From positions 241,552,001 through 241,616,000 of the forward strand of contig OZ024741.1 of assembly GCA_964016885.1 (NCBI GenBank): DNA of 64,000 nt, read 5' to 3'. Shown here in pieces: positions 26,311-38,200 of the stretch. The position numbers and the translations under genes were made by a program. The notes beneath the pieces are model-generated. The model made no database searches. It had not been told where the DNA came from and worked only from the letters and a program-made list of their open reading frames with translations. The first letter of the stretch is position 1. Every line of letters starts with the position of its first letter. The DNA comes from Eledone cirrhosa. Its lineage: Eukaryota.

Positions 26311-26730
26311 ATATATATATATCATAATCATTATCGTCATCATCATCATCGTTTTATGTCAATGTTTTCCATACTACCATGGGTTAGATGAGTTGTCCTG
26401 TTGTGGGCAATGCTAGGTCAGGTGACCATGTCTTGCACATGCAGAACTGATTTTGGCTTGGTTTCTACAGCTGGATGCCCTTCCTAATGCCAACCTCATT
26501 GACAGTGAGTACTGGGTGCTTTTTGTCGTGTCACCAACACGACCACTTTACAGTGTGGACTAGGTATATATGGCATATATGGAAAATATTATTAATAGAA
26601 GTAAAAAAATAAAGTACCAGTAATGTACTGGGTAATTGCTGGTCTTGTGCCAAAAGTAGAAACAATTATTAATAGAAGTAATGTGATAAAACAAAGTAGT
26701 GAACACATTAATAATACAGGTTATCACCTG

Positions 26731-26770
<40 letters not shown>

Positions 26771-27530
26771 GAAAAGAGGAGACCTTAAAAAGGCTACAGA
26801 AGGAATGCTAATGGCTGCGCAAGAGCAGGCCCTCAAAACGAAGTGGCTGAAACACCATATTTACAAGGAGGAGGCTAGCCCACTGTGTAGGATCTGTGGA
26901 GAGAGGAGATTGTGGCTCACATTGTATCCGAGTGTAAACACCTAGCCCAGACTCACTATAAAGGCTGGAGACATGATGTGATGGGCAGGGTGATTCACTG
27001 GCACCTATGCAAAGTAAACATTTTACCACATTCTGAGAAGTGGTATGAGCGTAAGCCAGAGTCGGTGATGGAAAACGATCAGGTGAAGGTGCTGTGGGAT
27101 TTTAGGATACAGACGGACAAGAAACTGGAACACAATAGACCTGACCTGGTGGTTTTGGACAAGGAAAAAAGATTGTGCCTGATTGTGGATGTAGCCTGCC
27201 CATTCGACACGAGAGTGCAAGAGAAGGAGAGGGAGAAAATTAACTGATACCAGGACTTAAAGTGGGAGGTAAAAAGGATTTGGAACTGCCATGAAATCAA
27301 TGTCATCCCGATTGTCATAGGTGCACTAGGTACTATCTCAAAGAGTTTCCAAGGATGGTTAAAGAAAATTGGCCCCGCCCCGCTTTTTGGAACACTTCAA
27401 AAGGCATGCTTGCTGGGAACAGCAAGAACCCTCCGATACGTCCTGAATATCTGAGGCTGCAGGTAGTGGCTTGATATTCATTTCAACAAACTTTCCAGTT
27501 AAATAACATCAATGACTGAGACTCAAAGAA
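26771..27530 (+). mobile_element. R4/Dong-clade non-LTR retrotransposon 3' fragment (CCHC finger plus restriction-like endonuclease)
   Basis: AAQEQAL..CRICG..HIVSEC..RHD..LWDF..RPDLVV..IVDVACP..EK; flanked on both sides by (TAA)n. Confidence 0.88.
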
Positions 27531-27553
27531 CAATAATAAAAATAATAATAATG

Positions 27554-28173
27554 CTTTCTTTAGCAAGGGTTGACACAAAGTATAACATGATGGACATTTC
27601 TGCGTGTAAGAAACAAAAACAGAGTATGTAACAAAAAAAAACAATGAAAAATTCCCCAACAGGGGGAGAGACCACCGAGGGTTGCTCGTGGAGAAAGCCC
27701 ACAAAAAAGCCTCGGTTACTCTGACCGCTAGGGCAAGTGCTCTCTTCCAGTTTTCCTCCTACAATGCTACAGGCACATGCTCAGGGTAGACCCATTCACA
27801 CGGGCCATTCTGGCCTCTCTCATCCACCTTTCAACAAACTGGCTTGAAGGCAGCACTTCCCTCTCCACCCTGATTTTCCTCTTCAGGTGAAACCTGAAAA
27901 GGTTAATGAGGGTGTCACCGAAGAGGAAAGTACTCATCTTCAACCCTTTCAGTCGTGCCCTCCATACGATCTCTTTTACCATGGCCACCAGGCAGATAAA
28001 AACTTCCTGCCCTTCCCGGCTAAAGGAAGGTGGCGGGGCAATTCTCACGGTGGACTCAGCTGATAGCCAGATCCGTTCTACACGTGACAGCAGGTGTTCG
28101 ACATAAACTCACAAGTCAGCAATGCTCGGACACTGGACGAGTGCGTGCAGGACGGTTTCATCGCCCTGCGTGC
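27554..28173 (-). mobile_element. L1/Tx1-like LINE 3' fragment
   Basis: C..DETVLHALVQCP zinc-knuckle end followed by ORF 27767-28048 (IVWRAR..FVERW). Confidence 0.7.
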
Positions 28174-28182
28174 ATAATGATG

Positions 28183-28750
28183 GCTTCTTATATAGGCACA
28201 AGGCCAGCAATTCTGGGGAAGGAAAAGTTGATTAAAATCGACCCCCCAGTGCGTGACTGGTACTTTATTTTATCACCGCTGTAAGGATGAAAGCAAAGTT
28301 AGCCTGGGCAGGATTTGAACTCAAAACGCAAAGGGCCATTACTCTATGCTGCGAAGTAGAGTGTCTGGTGATCTATTGATACTGCTGATGATAATAGTAA
28401 AACTAACAACAACAATAAGGACAATAATAATAATAATAATTGTTTCTACTCTTGGCACAAGGCCAGCAATTATCCCAGTGTATTACTGGTACTTTATTTT
28501 ATCGACCCTGTAAGGATTAAAGGCAAAGTTAACCTCGGCTGGATTTGAACTCAGTTCGTAAAGGGCCGTAACTCTATGCTGCAAAGCATGGCGTCCGACC
28601 CTCTACCGATACTGCCAATCCACCGCCCTAATAATAATAATAATTGTTTCTACTTTAGGCACAAGGCCAACAAATACCCAGTACATTACTGGTACTTTAT
28701 TTTAACAAGCCCCGTAAGGATGAAAGGCAAAGTTAACCTCGGTGGGATTG
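28183..28750 (-). mobile_element. Three tandem family-1 SINEs separated by (TAA)n
   Basis: Repeated GGCACAAGGCCAGC..CTGGTACTTTATTTTAT..GGATTTGAACTC. Confidence 0.8.
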
Positions 28751-28892
28751 GTACAATAAATTATCCCCTTGACAATTAATAAAAAAAATATGTAAATACT
28801 CTGCTTGAAGTATTGTGTTCTGCACAAACACACACACACATATATGTGTGTATGTGTATATATATATATATATCCCTCTCTCTCTCTCTCTC

Positions 28893-28933
<41 letters not shown>

Positions 28934-29129
28934 ATGATATTTTAATGAGTAACGAAATGAAGTTGTTCTCCTGAACTGAATCTATATTCAGTTACCTTGG
29001 TTACTGTGATATGAAAACTGGGCTGGAGAAAATTTAATTTATTGATAGATAAATGTTGAGGTGCATTATTAATGTATGTGTGTATATGATGATAATGATA
29101 ATGTATATATTGCCTATATATATATCTCT

Positions 29130-29332
29130 ATAGGCGCCACGGAAAAAAAGCACCCACCACTCACTGTAAATGAGGTTGGTGTTAGGAAGGGCATCCAGCT
29201 GTAGAAATCAAGCCAGAATCAGTTCTCGTATGAGCAAGACAAGGTCAGCCGACCGGACACTGCCCACAACAGGACAACCCGTCTAACCCATGCTAGCGTG
29301 GAAGAACGGACGTTAAACGGTGATGATGATGA
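29130..29332 (+). mobile_element. RTE 3' end
   Basis: Reverse complement of 24455-24665. Confidence 0.8.
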
Positions 29333-29347
29333 TAAATATGTTGTCTG

Positions 29348-29377
<30 letters not shown>

Positions 29378-29379
<2 letters not shown>

Positions 29380-29673
29380 CGATATTAAACAAATGGAAAC
29401 TATATTTATAAAACCATATTTATTTCATTATACATATTTCAGGGATACCATATTAAAAATATGGCATGCCTTTGTCAGATAAAATACAATATATAAACAG
29501 TTTTATATGGTATCCCTGAAATATGTATAATGAAATAAATATGGTTTTATAAATATAGTTTCCATTTGTTTAATATCGTATTATCGTATATCTACTCCAA
29601 TAACTTGTCGAGTGCTTTATATCAGTTATAAAATATTTACTTGTTGTAACCCAACAATTTTAAATAAAACTTT

Positions 29674-29677
<4 letters not shown>
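29378..29677. mobile_element. PLE-like pLTR fold-back (family A, copy 2), hammerhead core mutated to CTGACAA
   Basis: Homologous to 2940-3337 in opposite orientation. Confidence 0.7.
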
Positions 29678-29736
<59 letters not shown>

Positions 29737-29915
29737 TTATCTATCTATCTATATATATTTATATGTATATGTATGTTAATTACATTCATATATATTCTGC
29801 AAAGTTTATTAATTCATTTGAAGCTTGATGTCTCTGCTTCAAATAAATTAATAAACTTTACTATATGTATTAGTTCTATTTCTCTCACATTTGCTGATGT
29901 TCACACAGGCATACA

Positions 29916-29948
<33 letters not shown>

Positions 29949-30172
29949 GTATATATTTAATATAAACATACATATACATACATGCACACACATATATATA
30001 TATAATTATGTATTACTGGGGTCCATATACCTAGACAGATTGAAAACGAAATATATAGACAAAATTATTGTTTCTATGCAAAAACAAAAACATTGGAAAA
30101 GAACGACATAAGGCACTGAATTAGAAGAGGTACGTTATTTTATTGAAGGGATCATACAGGACTAGATCTGTC

Positions 30173-30433
30173 CAGTGGCGTGCAGAGCTCTGGTGATGCC
30201 CGGGGCAAATCTTGATTGTATGTCCCAAAGACTCAAGTATACGGCCTTATATACTGAGAAATATTATGAGAAAGGAAAATATTTTGAATATATAAACACA
30301 GATGAAACATGAAATAAACACTTTATTCGATTTTAATATAAATCAATCAAATATATTAAGTTCTTTTCCCTAAATGATGCCCCATCCAAAGGATGCCCGG
30401 GGCCAACACAACGTGCTCCCTTGCACACTACTG
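30173..30433. mobile_element. hAT-type MITE
   Basis: TIRs CAGTGGCGTGCA / TGCACACTACTG; perfect 8-bp TSD GATCTGTC at 30165-30172 and 30434-30441. Confidence 0.85.
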
Positions 30434-31004
30434 GATCTGTCTCATTCTGCGTTATGGTGATTTCTTCACTGTGTTAAAGAGATGTAGTCTCATAAAAGTT
30501 TTCTCTCAATAATATATATACTAGAATGTTTTTCCATACGCTGATGAGTATGTATATATCTGTGTGCGTGTGTGTATGTGCATATGCATACATTTATATG
30601 TATGAGTAAATAAACGGGCAAACACAGACATACTTACAAAAATACACATTCACAGACATACATTTGCACAAACACACACATACACATACACTCACACACA
30701 TCGTAGCTTTTTCACTATCCCTATCCTTCCTTTTACACACACATACATTCGTAAAGTGAAAGGAATAGTATGAGGTAGTCAAACTACCCCTCTCTCTTTA
30801 CAAGTTGTGACAGAATCGCACAAATTTATATATATATATATATATTTATCTAACCCATGCTAGCGTGGAAGATAGACATTAAACGATGATGATGATGATT
30901 TATAGATATAGATATTTATGTTATTATTCTGTTATTATTTCTGGCAATATTATTACAACAATATGACCCTCCCCAATTAAAACAATATATATGTATATAT
31001 ATAT

Positions 31005-31472
31005 GTGAAAAGGTTATATTTAATTTGTTGGGATTCAACAAGCTTAAACATTTTTATAACTGATATAAAGCACTCAACAATTAGTGGAGTGCTTTATAAC
31101 TGATATAAAGCACTCAACAGTTCAGTGGAGTAAATATTCAATATATTAATAAATGGAAACTATATTTATAAAACCATAATTATTTTATTATATATATTTC
31201 AAGGGAAACCAAGGCAAATTATGGTGCGCTTTCATCAGATAAAATACAGATTTGTTTTATAAATAAATATTGACATACCCAGAAAAAAGACTATCCAGGA
31301 AGCTTCAACCGTTAAGGTTGTCTTTTTTCCGGGTATGTCAATATTTATTTATAAAACAAATCTGTATTTTATCTGATGAAAGCGCACCATAATTTGCCTT
31401 GGTTTCCCTTGAAATATATATAATAAAATAATTATGGTTTTATAAATATAGTTTCCATTTATTAATATATTG
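31005..31472. mobile_element. PLE-like pLTR fold-back (family A, copy 3) with intact hammerheads (plus copy 31365-31430)
   Basis: TATTTTAT-CTGATGA-AAG..CTT-GAAA-TATATA-TA-ATAAAATA in both arms. Confidence 0.8.
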
Positions 31473-31477
31473 TATAT

Positions 31478-31740
31478 GTGTTGTTTCCTTGAGCAAGACA
31501 CTTTATTTCACATTGATCCAGTTTACTCAGCTGTAGAAATGAGATGGGACTGGGGTCCCTATCATTCCACTGCAAAGTGGTCGTGGAGGTGCCACGGCAA
31601 AAAAGCACCCAGCACTCACTGTAAATGAGGTTGGTGTTAGGAAGGGCATCCAGCTGTAAAAATCAAGCCAGAATCAGTTCCCGTCCCACCCTTGCAAGCA
31701 GGGAAAAGCGGACGTAAAATGATGATGATGATGATGATGA
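31478..31740 (+). mobile_element. SINE family 2, head truncated
   Basis: Reverse complement of 2590-2830. Confidence 0.8.
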
Positions 31741-32028
31741 TATATATATTTATATATATGTATATATGTATTTATATATATGTATATATATATATATATA
31801 CCTATATATATATATATATATATTTTTGTATATATATATTTGTATATATATATATGAGAAAAACATCCCAGTCCACACTGTAAACGTGGTTGGTGTTAGG
31901 AAGGCCATAGAAAACCTGCCAGACAGTCCTATATGAGTGAGACATGGTCACGTCACCCGACCAATCTTGGCTCAAGTCCAAACCCATGCTAGCATGGAAG
32001 ATGGACGTTAAACAATGATGATGATGAT

Positions 32029-32208
32029 TATGATGTTGGCTGAAAAGTTCATAGGCTGACCAAGATACTCTCATGTAATAACCGAATGAGGTTTATTTTT
32101 CAACATAGTTTCTGGAAAGAAGAATTGAAATTAATGCATGCAAGATTTCACTGTACTAGCATCACTTCTTCATAGCCATGCTATCAATTTTCCAGCCAAG
32201 ACTTGTAT
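32029..32208. mobile_element. mariner-derived MITE remnant
   Basis: TGTTGGCTGAAAAGTT ... TTTTCCAGCCAAGACTTGTA imperfect TIRs. Confidence 0.45.
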
Positions 32209-32226
32209 ATGTGTATATATACATAT

Positions 32227-35200
32227 ATTTGGTGTTCGTTTTTTATTTGGGGCGAACCGTTTTTTGGGGGGACCCGTTTTTTATTTTGATGTACTGTTTT
32301 TTATTTGGGTGCCCCGTTTTTTTATGGAGGGTCCGTTTTTTATTTGGGTGCCTCGTTTTTTTATGGGGGGGTCCGTTTTTTATTTGGGTGCCCCGTTTTT
32401 TTATTTGGGTGCCCCGTTTTTTTATTTGGGTGCTCCGTTTTTTATGGGGGGTCCCTTTTTTATTTGGGTGCCCCGTTTTTATATCGGGGTCCGTTTTTTA
32501 TTTGGGTGCCGTGTTTTTTTATGGGGGGGGGGGGCGTTTTTTATTTGGGTGCCCCGTTTTTTATTTGGGTGCACCGTTTTTTTATGGGGGGGGTTCGTTT
32601 TTTATTTGGGTGCCCCGTTTTTATATCGGGGTCCGTTTTTTATTTGGGTGCCGTGTTTTGTTATGGGGGGGGGGGGGGCGTTTTTTATTTCGGTGCCCCG
32701 TTTTTTATTTGGGTGCCCCGTTTTTTTAGGGGGTGTCCGTTTTTTTATTTGGGTGCCCGTTTTTTTATTTGGGTGCCCCGTTTTTTATTTGGGTGCTCCG
32801 TTTTTTTATGGGGGTGTCCGTTTTTTATTTGGGTGCCCCGTTTTTTATTTGGGTGCCCCGTTTTTTTATGGGGGGTCTGTTTTTTATTTGAGTTCCCCGT
32901 TTTTTATTTGGGTGCCCCGCTATCTTATTTGGGTTCCCGTTTATTATGGGGAGGTCCGTTTTTTATTTGGATGTCCCGTTTTTTATTTGGGTGCCCCGTT
33001 TCTGATTTGTGTGCCCCGTTTCTTATTTAGGTTCCCGATTTTTTTATTTGGTTGCTCCGTTTTTTTATGGGGGTGGTCCGTTTTTTATTTGGGTGCCCCG
33101 TTTTTTTATTTGGGTGCCCCGTTTTTTTATTTGGGTGTCCCGTTTTTTATGGGGGGGGGTCCCTTTTTTATTTGGGTGCCCCGTTTTTATATCGGGGTCC
33201 GTTTTTTATTTGGGTGCCGTGTTTTTTAGGGGGGGGGGGCGTTTTTTATTTGGGTGCCCCGTTTTTTATTTGGGTGCACCGTTTTTTTATGGGGGGGTTC
33301 GTTTTTATTTGGGTGCCCCGTTTTTATATCGGGGTCCGTTTTTTATTTGGGTGCCGTCTTTTTTTAGGGGGGGGGGGCGTTTTTTATTTGGGTGCACCGT
33401 TTTTTTATGGGGGGTTTCGTTTTTTATTTGGGTGCCCCGTTTTTTATTTGGGTGCCCCGTTTTTTATTTGGGTGCCCCGTTTTTTTATTTGGGTGCCCCG
33501 TTTTTTTAGGGGGGGGTCCGTTTTTTTATTTGGGTGCCCGTTTTTTATTTGGGTGCCCCGTTTTTTATTTGGGTGCTCCGTTTTTTTATGGGGGTGTCCG
33601 TTTTTTATTTGGGTGCCCCGTTTTTTATTTGGGTGCCCCGTTTTTTATTTGGGTGCCCCGCTATCTTATTTGGGTTCCCGTTTATTATGGGGAGGTCCGT
33701 TTTTTATTTGGATGTCCCGTTTTTTATTTGGGTGCCCCGTTTCTGATTTGTGTGCCCCGTTTCTTATTTAGGTTCCCGGTTTTTTTATTTGGTTGCTCCG
33801 TTTTTTTATGGGGGTGGTCCGTTTTTTTATTTGGGTGCCCCGTTTTTTTTATTTGGGTGCGCCGTTTTCTTATGGGGGGGGGGGTCCCTTTTTTATTTGG
33901 GTGTCTCGTTTTTTATTTGGGTGCCCCGTTTTTATTTGGGTGCTCTGTTTTTTATGGGGAGGATCCGTTTTTATTTGGGTCCCCCGTTTGTTATTCGGGT
34001 ACCCCGTTTTTTATTTGGGTGCCCCGTTTCTTTTTTTTTGGGGGGGGGGCCCGTTTTTTATTTGGATGCTCCGTTTTTTTATTTGGGTGCTCCGTTTTTT
34101 ATTTGGTTGCGCTGTTTTTTTATGGGGGGTCCGTTTTTTATTTGGGTGTCCGTTTTTTTATTTGGGTGCCCCGTTTTTTTATGGAGATGTCCGTTTTTTA
34201 TTTGGGTGTCCCGTTTTTTATTTGGGTGCCCCGTTTTTTTATGGGGGTTCTGTTTTTTATTTAGGGGCTCCGTTTTTTATTTGGGTTCACCGTTTTTTAT
34301 TTGGGTGCTCCGCTATTTTATTTGTGTTCCCGTTTATTATGGGGAGGTCCGTTTTTTATTTGGATGTTCCGTAATTTATTTGGGTGCCCCGTTTCTGATT
34401 TGTGTGCCCCGTTTCTGATTTGTGTGCCCCGTTTCTTATTTAGGTTCCCGGTTTTTTTATTTGGTTGCTCCGTTTTTTTATGGGGGTGGTCCGTTTTTTT
34501 ATTTGGGTGGTCCCTTTTTTTTTATTTGGGTGCGCCGTTTTTTTATGGGGGGGGTCCCTTTTTTATTTGGGTGCCCCGTTTTTTATTTGGGTGCTCTTTT
34601 TTTATGGGGAGGATCCGTTTTTATTTGGGTCCCCCATTTGTTATTCGGGTACCCCATTATTTATTTGGGTGCCCCGTTTCTTTTTTTTTGGGGGGGGGGC
34701 GTTTTTTATTTGGGTGCCCCGTTTTTTATTTGGATGCTCCGTTTTTTTATTTGGGTGCTCCGTTTTTTATTTGGTCCATTTTTCATTTGGTTGGCCGTTT
34801 CTTATTTGGGTGCCCGTTTTTTTATGGGGGTAGCCGTTTTTAATTGGGCTCCGTTTTTTATATGGGGAGGGTCCGTTTTTTATTTGGGAGGCCGTTTTAT
34901 ATTTGGGGTTCATTTTTTTATTTGGGGGTCCGTTTTTTATTTGGGGGGATCCGTTTTTTATTTGGGCGTCCTGTCTTTTTATGGGGGAGTCCGTTTTTAT
35001 TAGGGTGTCCCGTTTTTATCTGGGTGTCCCTTTTTATGGGGGGTGTCCGTTTTTTATCAGGGGGTCCGTTTTTTATTTGAGTGCCCTCTTTTTTTATGGG
35101 GGGTCCATTTTTTTATGGGTGTGTCCGTTTTTTATTTGGGTTCCCCGTTATTTATTTGGGCGCCCGTTTTTTATTTGGGTGCCCCGTTTTTTTATGGAGG

Positions 35201-38200
35201 GGGGGAGTTTTTTATTTGGGTGCCCCGTTTTCTTATGGGCGCATCCGTTTTTATTTGGGTGCCCCGTTTTTTATTCGGGTGCCCCGTTTTTTATTTGGGT
35301 GCCCCGTTTTTTATGGGGGGGCCGTTTTTTATTTGGGTGCCCCGTTTTTAATTTGCGTGCCCCGTTTTTTTATGGGGGGTCTGTTTTTTATTTGGGGGCC
35401 TCGTTTTTTATTTGGGTACCCCGTTTTTTAATCTGGTTGCACGTTTTTTTGTGGGGTTGTCCGTATTTAGTTTGGGTGAGCGTTTTTTATTTGTGTGCCC
35501 CGATTTTTTATTTGGGTGCCCTGGTCTTTATTTGGATGCCCCGGTTTTTATTTGGATGTTCCGTTTTTTTATGGGGGGTCGGTTTTTTATTTGAGTGCCC
35601 ATTTTTTTATTTGGGGTCCATTTTTCATTTGGGTGGCCGTTTTTTATTTGGGTGCCCGATTTTTATGGGGGAAACCGTTTTTTATTTGGGCTCCGTTTTT
35701 TATATGGGGGGGATCCGTTTTTTATTTGGGAGGCCGTTTTATATTTGGGGTTCAGTTTTTTATTTGGGGATCCGCTTTTTATTTGGGGGGATCCGTTTTT
35801 TATTTGGGCGTCCGTTTTTTATTTGGATGTCCATTTTTTATTTGGGTAGTCCGTTTTTTATTTGGGTGCCCCGTCTTTTTATGGGGGAGTCCGTTTTTTA
35901 TTTGGGTGCCCGTTCTTTATTTGGGTGCCCATTTTTTATGGAGGGGTCCGTTTTTTAATTGGGTGCCCCGTTTTTTATGGGGGGTGTCCGTTTTTTATGG
36001 GGGGATCCGGTTTTTATTTGAGTGCCCTCTTTTTTATGGGGGGTCCGTTTTTTTATGGGGGTTCCGTTTTTTATTTGGGTTCCCCGTTATTTATTTGGGC
36101 GCCCGTTTTTTATTTGGGTACCCCGTTTTTTTATCTGGTTGCACGTTTTTTGCGTGGGGTTGTCCGTTTTTAGTTTGGGTGACCGTTTGTCATTTGGGTG
36201 CCCCGTCTTTTATTTGGGTGTCCCGTTTTTTTATATGGGTGCCCTTTTTTTCTGGGCGTGGCCGTTTTTTATTTGGGTGCCCGTTTTTTATTTGGGTGCC
36301 CCGGTTTTTTTATTTGGGTGCCCCGTTTTTTTTGTGGGGTTGTCCGTTTTTAGTTTGGGTGACCATTATTTATTTGGGTACTCCGTTTTTTTATTTGGGT
36401 GCCCGTTTTTTTATGGGGATGTCCGTTTTTTATTTGGGTGCCCCGTTTTTTATGGGGGGGCCGTTTTTTATTTGGGTGCCCCGTTTTTAATTTGCGTGCC
36501 CCGTTTTTTATGGGGGGGTCTGTTTTTTATTTGGGTGCCCCGTTTTTTAATCTGGTTGCACGTTTTTTTGTGGGGTTGTCCGTATTTAGTTTGGGTGACC
36601 TTTTTTTATTTGTGTGCCCCGATTTTTTATTTGGGTACTCTGGTCTTTATTTGGATGCCCCGGTTTTTATTTGGATGTCCCGTTTTTTTATGGGGGGTCG
36701 GTTTTTTTATTTGAGTGCCAATTTTTTTATTTGGGGTCCATTTTTCATTTGGGTGGCCGTTTTTTATTTGGGTGCCCGATTTTTATGGAGGGAACCGTTT
36801 TTTATTTGGGCTCCGTTTTTTATATGGGGGGGGGATCCGTTTTTTATTTGGGAGGCCGTTTTATATTTGGGGTTCAGTTTTTTATTTGGGGATCCGTTTT
36901 TTATTTGGGGGGATCCGTTTTTTATTTGGGCGTCCGTTTTTTATTTGGATGTCCATTTTTTATTTGGGTAGTCCGTTTTTTATTTGGGTGCCCCGTCTTT
37001 TTATGGGGGAGTCCGTTCTTTATTTGGGTGCCCATTTTTTATGGAGGGGTCCGTTTTTTAATTGGGTGCCCTGTTTTTTTATGGGGGGTGTCCTTTTTTT
37101 ATGGGGGGATCCGTTTTTTATTTGAGTGCCCTCTTTTTTTATGGGGGGTCCGTTTTTTTATGGGGGTTCCGTTATTTATTTGGGCGCCCGTTTTTTATTT
37201 GGGTACCCCGTTTTTTTATCTGGTTGCACGTTTTTTGTGTGGGGTTGTCCGTTTTTAGTTTGGGTGACCGTTTGTTATTTGGGTGTCCCGTTTTTTTATA
37301 TGGGTGCCCTTTTTTTCTGGGCGTGGCCGTTTTTTATTTGGGTGCCCGTTTTTTATTTGGGTGCCCCGGTTTTTTTATTTGGGTGCCCCGTTTTTTTGTG
37401 GGGTTGTCCGTTTTTAGTTTGGGTGACCATTTATTATTTGGGTACCCCGTTTTTTATTTGGGTGCCCGTTTTTTTATGGGGATGTCCGTTTTTTATTTGG
37501 GTGCCCGTTTTTTTTGGGGTGCCCCGTTTTTTATTTGTGTGCCCTGTTTTTTATCTGGGTGCCCCGTTTTTTATTTGGGGGCCCCATTTTTTATGGGGGG
37601 GAGGCGCTTTTTATTTGGGTGCCCCGTTTTATATTTGGATGCCCTGTTTTTATCTGGGTGCCCCGTTTTTTATTTGGATGCCCCGTTTTTTTATGGAGGG
37701 GTAGGTTTTTTATGGGGGGGGGGGGGGCGTTTTTTATTTGAGTCCCCCGTTTTTTATTTGGGTGCCCGTTTTTTTTATTTTGGTGCCCCGCTTTTTTCTG
37801 GGGGGGGGGGGTCCTGTTTTTATTTGGGTGCTCGTTTTTTTTATTTGGGTGTCCGTTTTCTATGAGGGGTCCGTTTTTTATTTGGCTGCCCCGTTATTTT
37901 ATGGGGGGTCCGTTTTTTATTCGGGTGCCCCGTTGTTTTATGGGGATCCGTTTTTTATGGGAGGGGTCCTTTTTTTATTTGGGTGCCCTCTTTTTTTATG
38001 GGGTCTGTTTTTTTATGGGGGGTCCGTTTTTTATTTGGGTGCCCGTTGTTTATGGGGAGGCCCGTTTTTTATTTGGATATCTCGTTTTTTATTTGGGTGC
38101 CCTGTTTTTTATTTGGGTGCCCCGTTTTTTATTTGGGTTCCCGGTTTTTTATATGGGTGCACCGCTTTTTTATGGGGGTCCGTTTTTTATTTGGGTGCCC

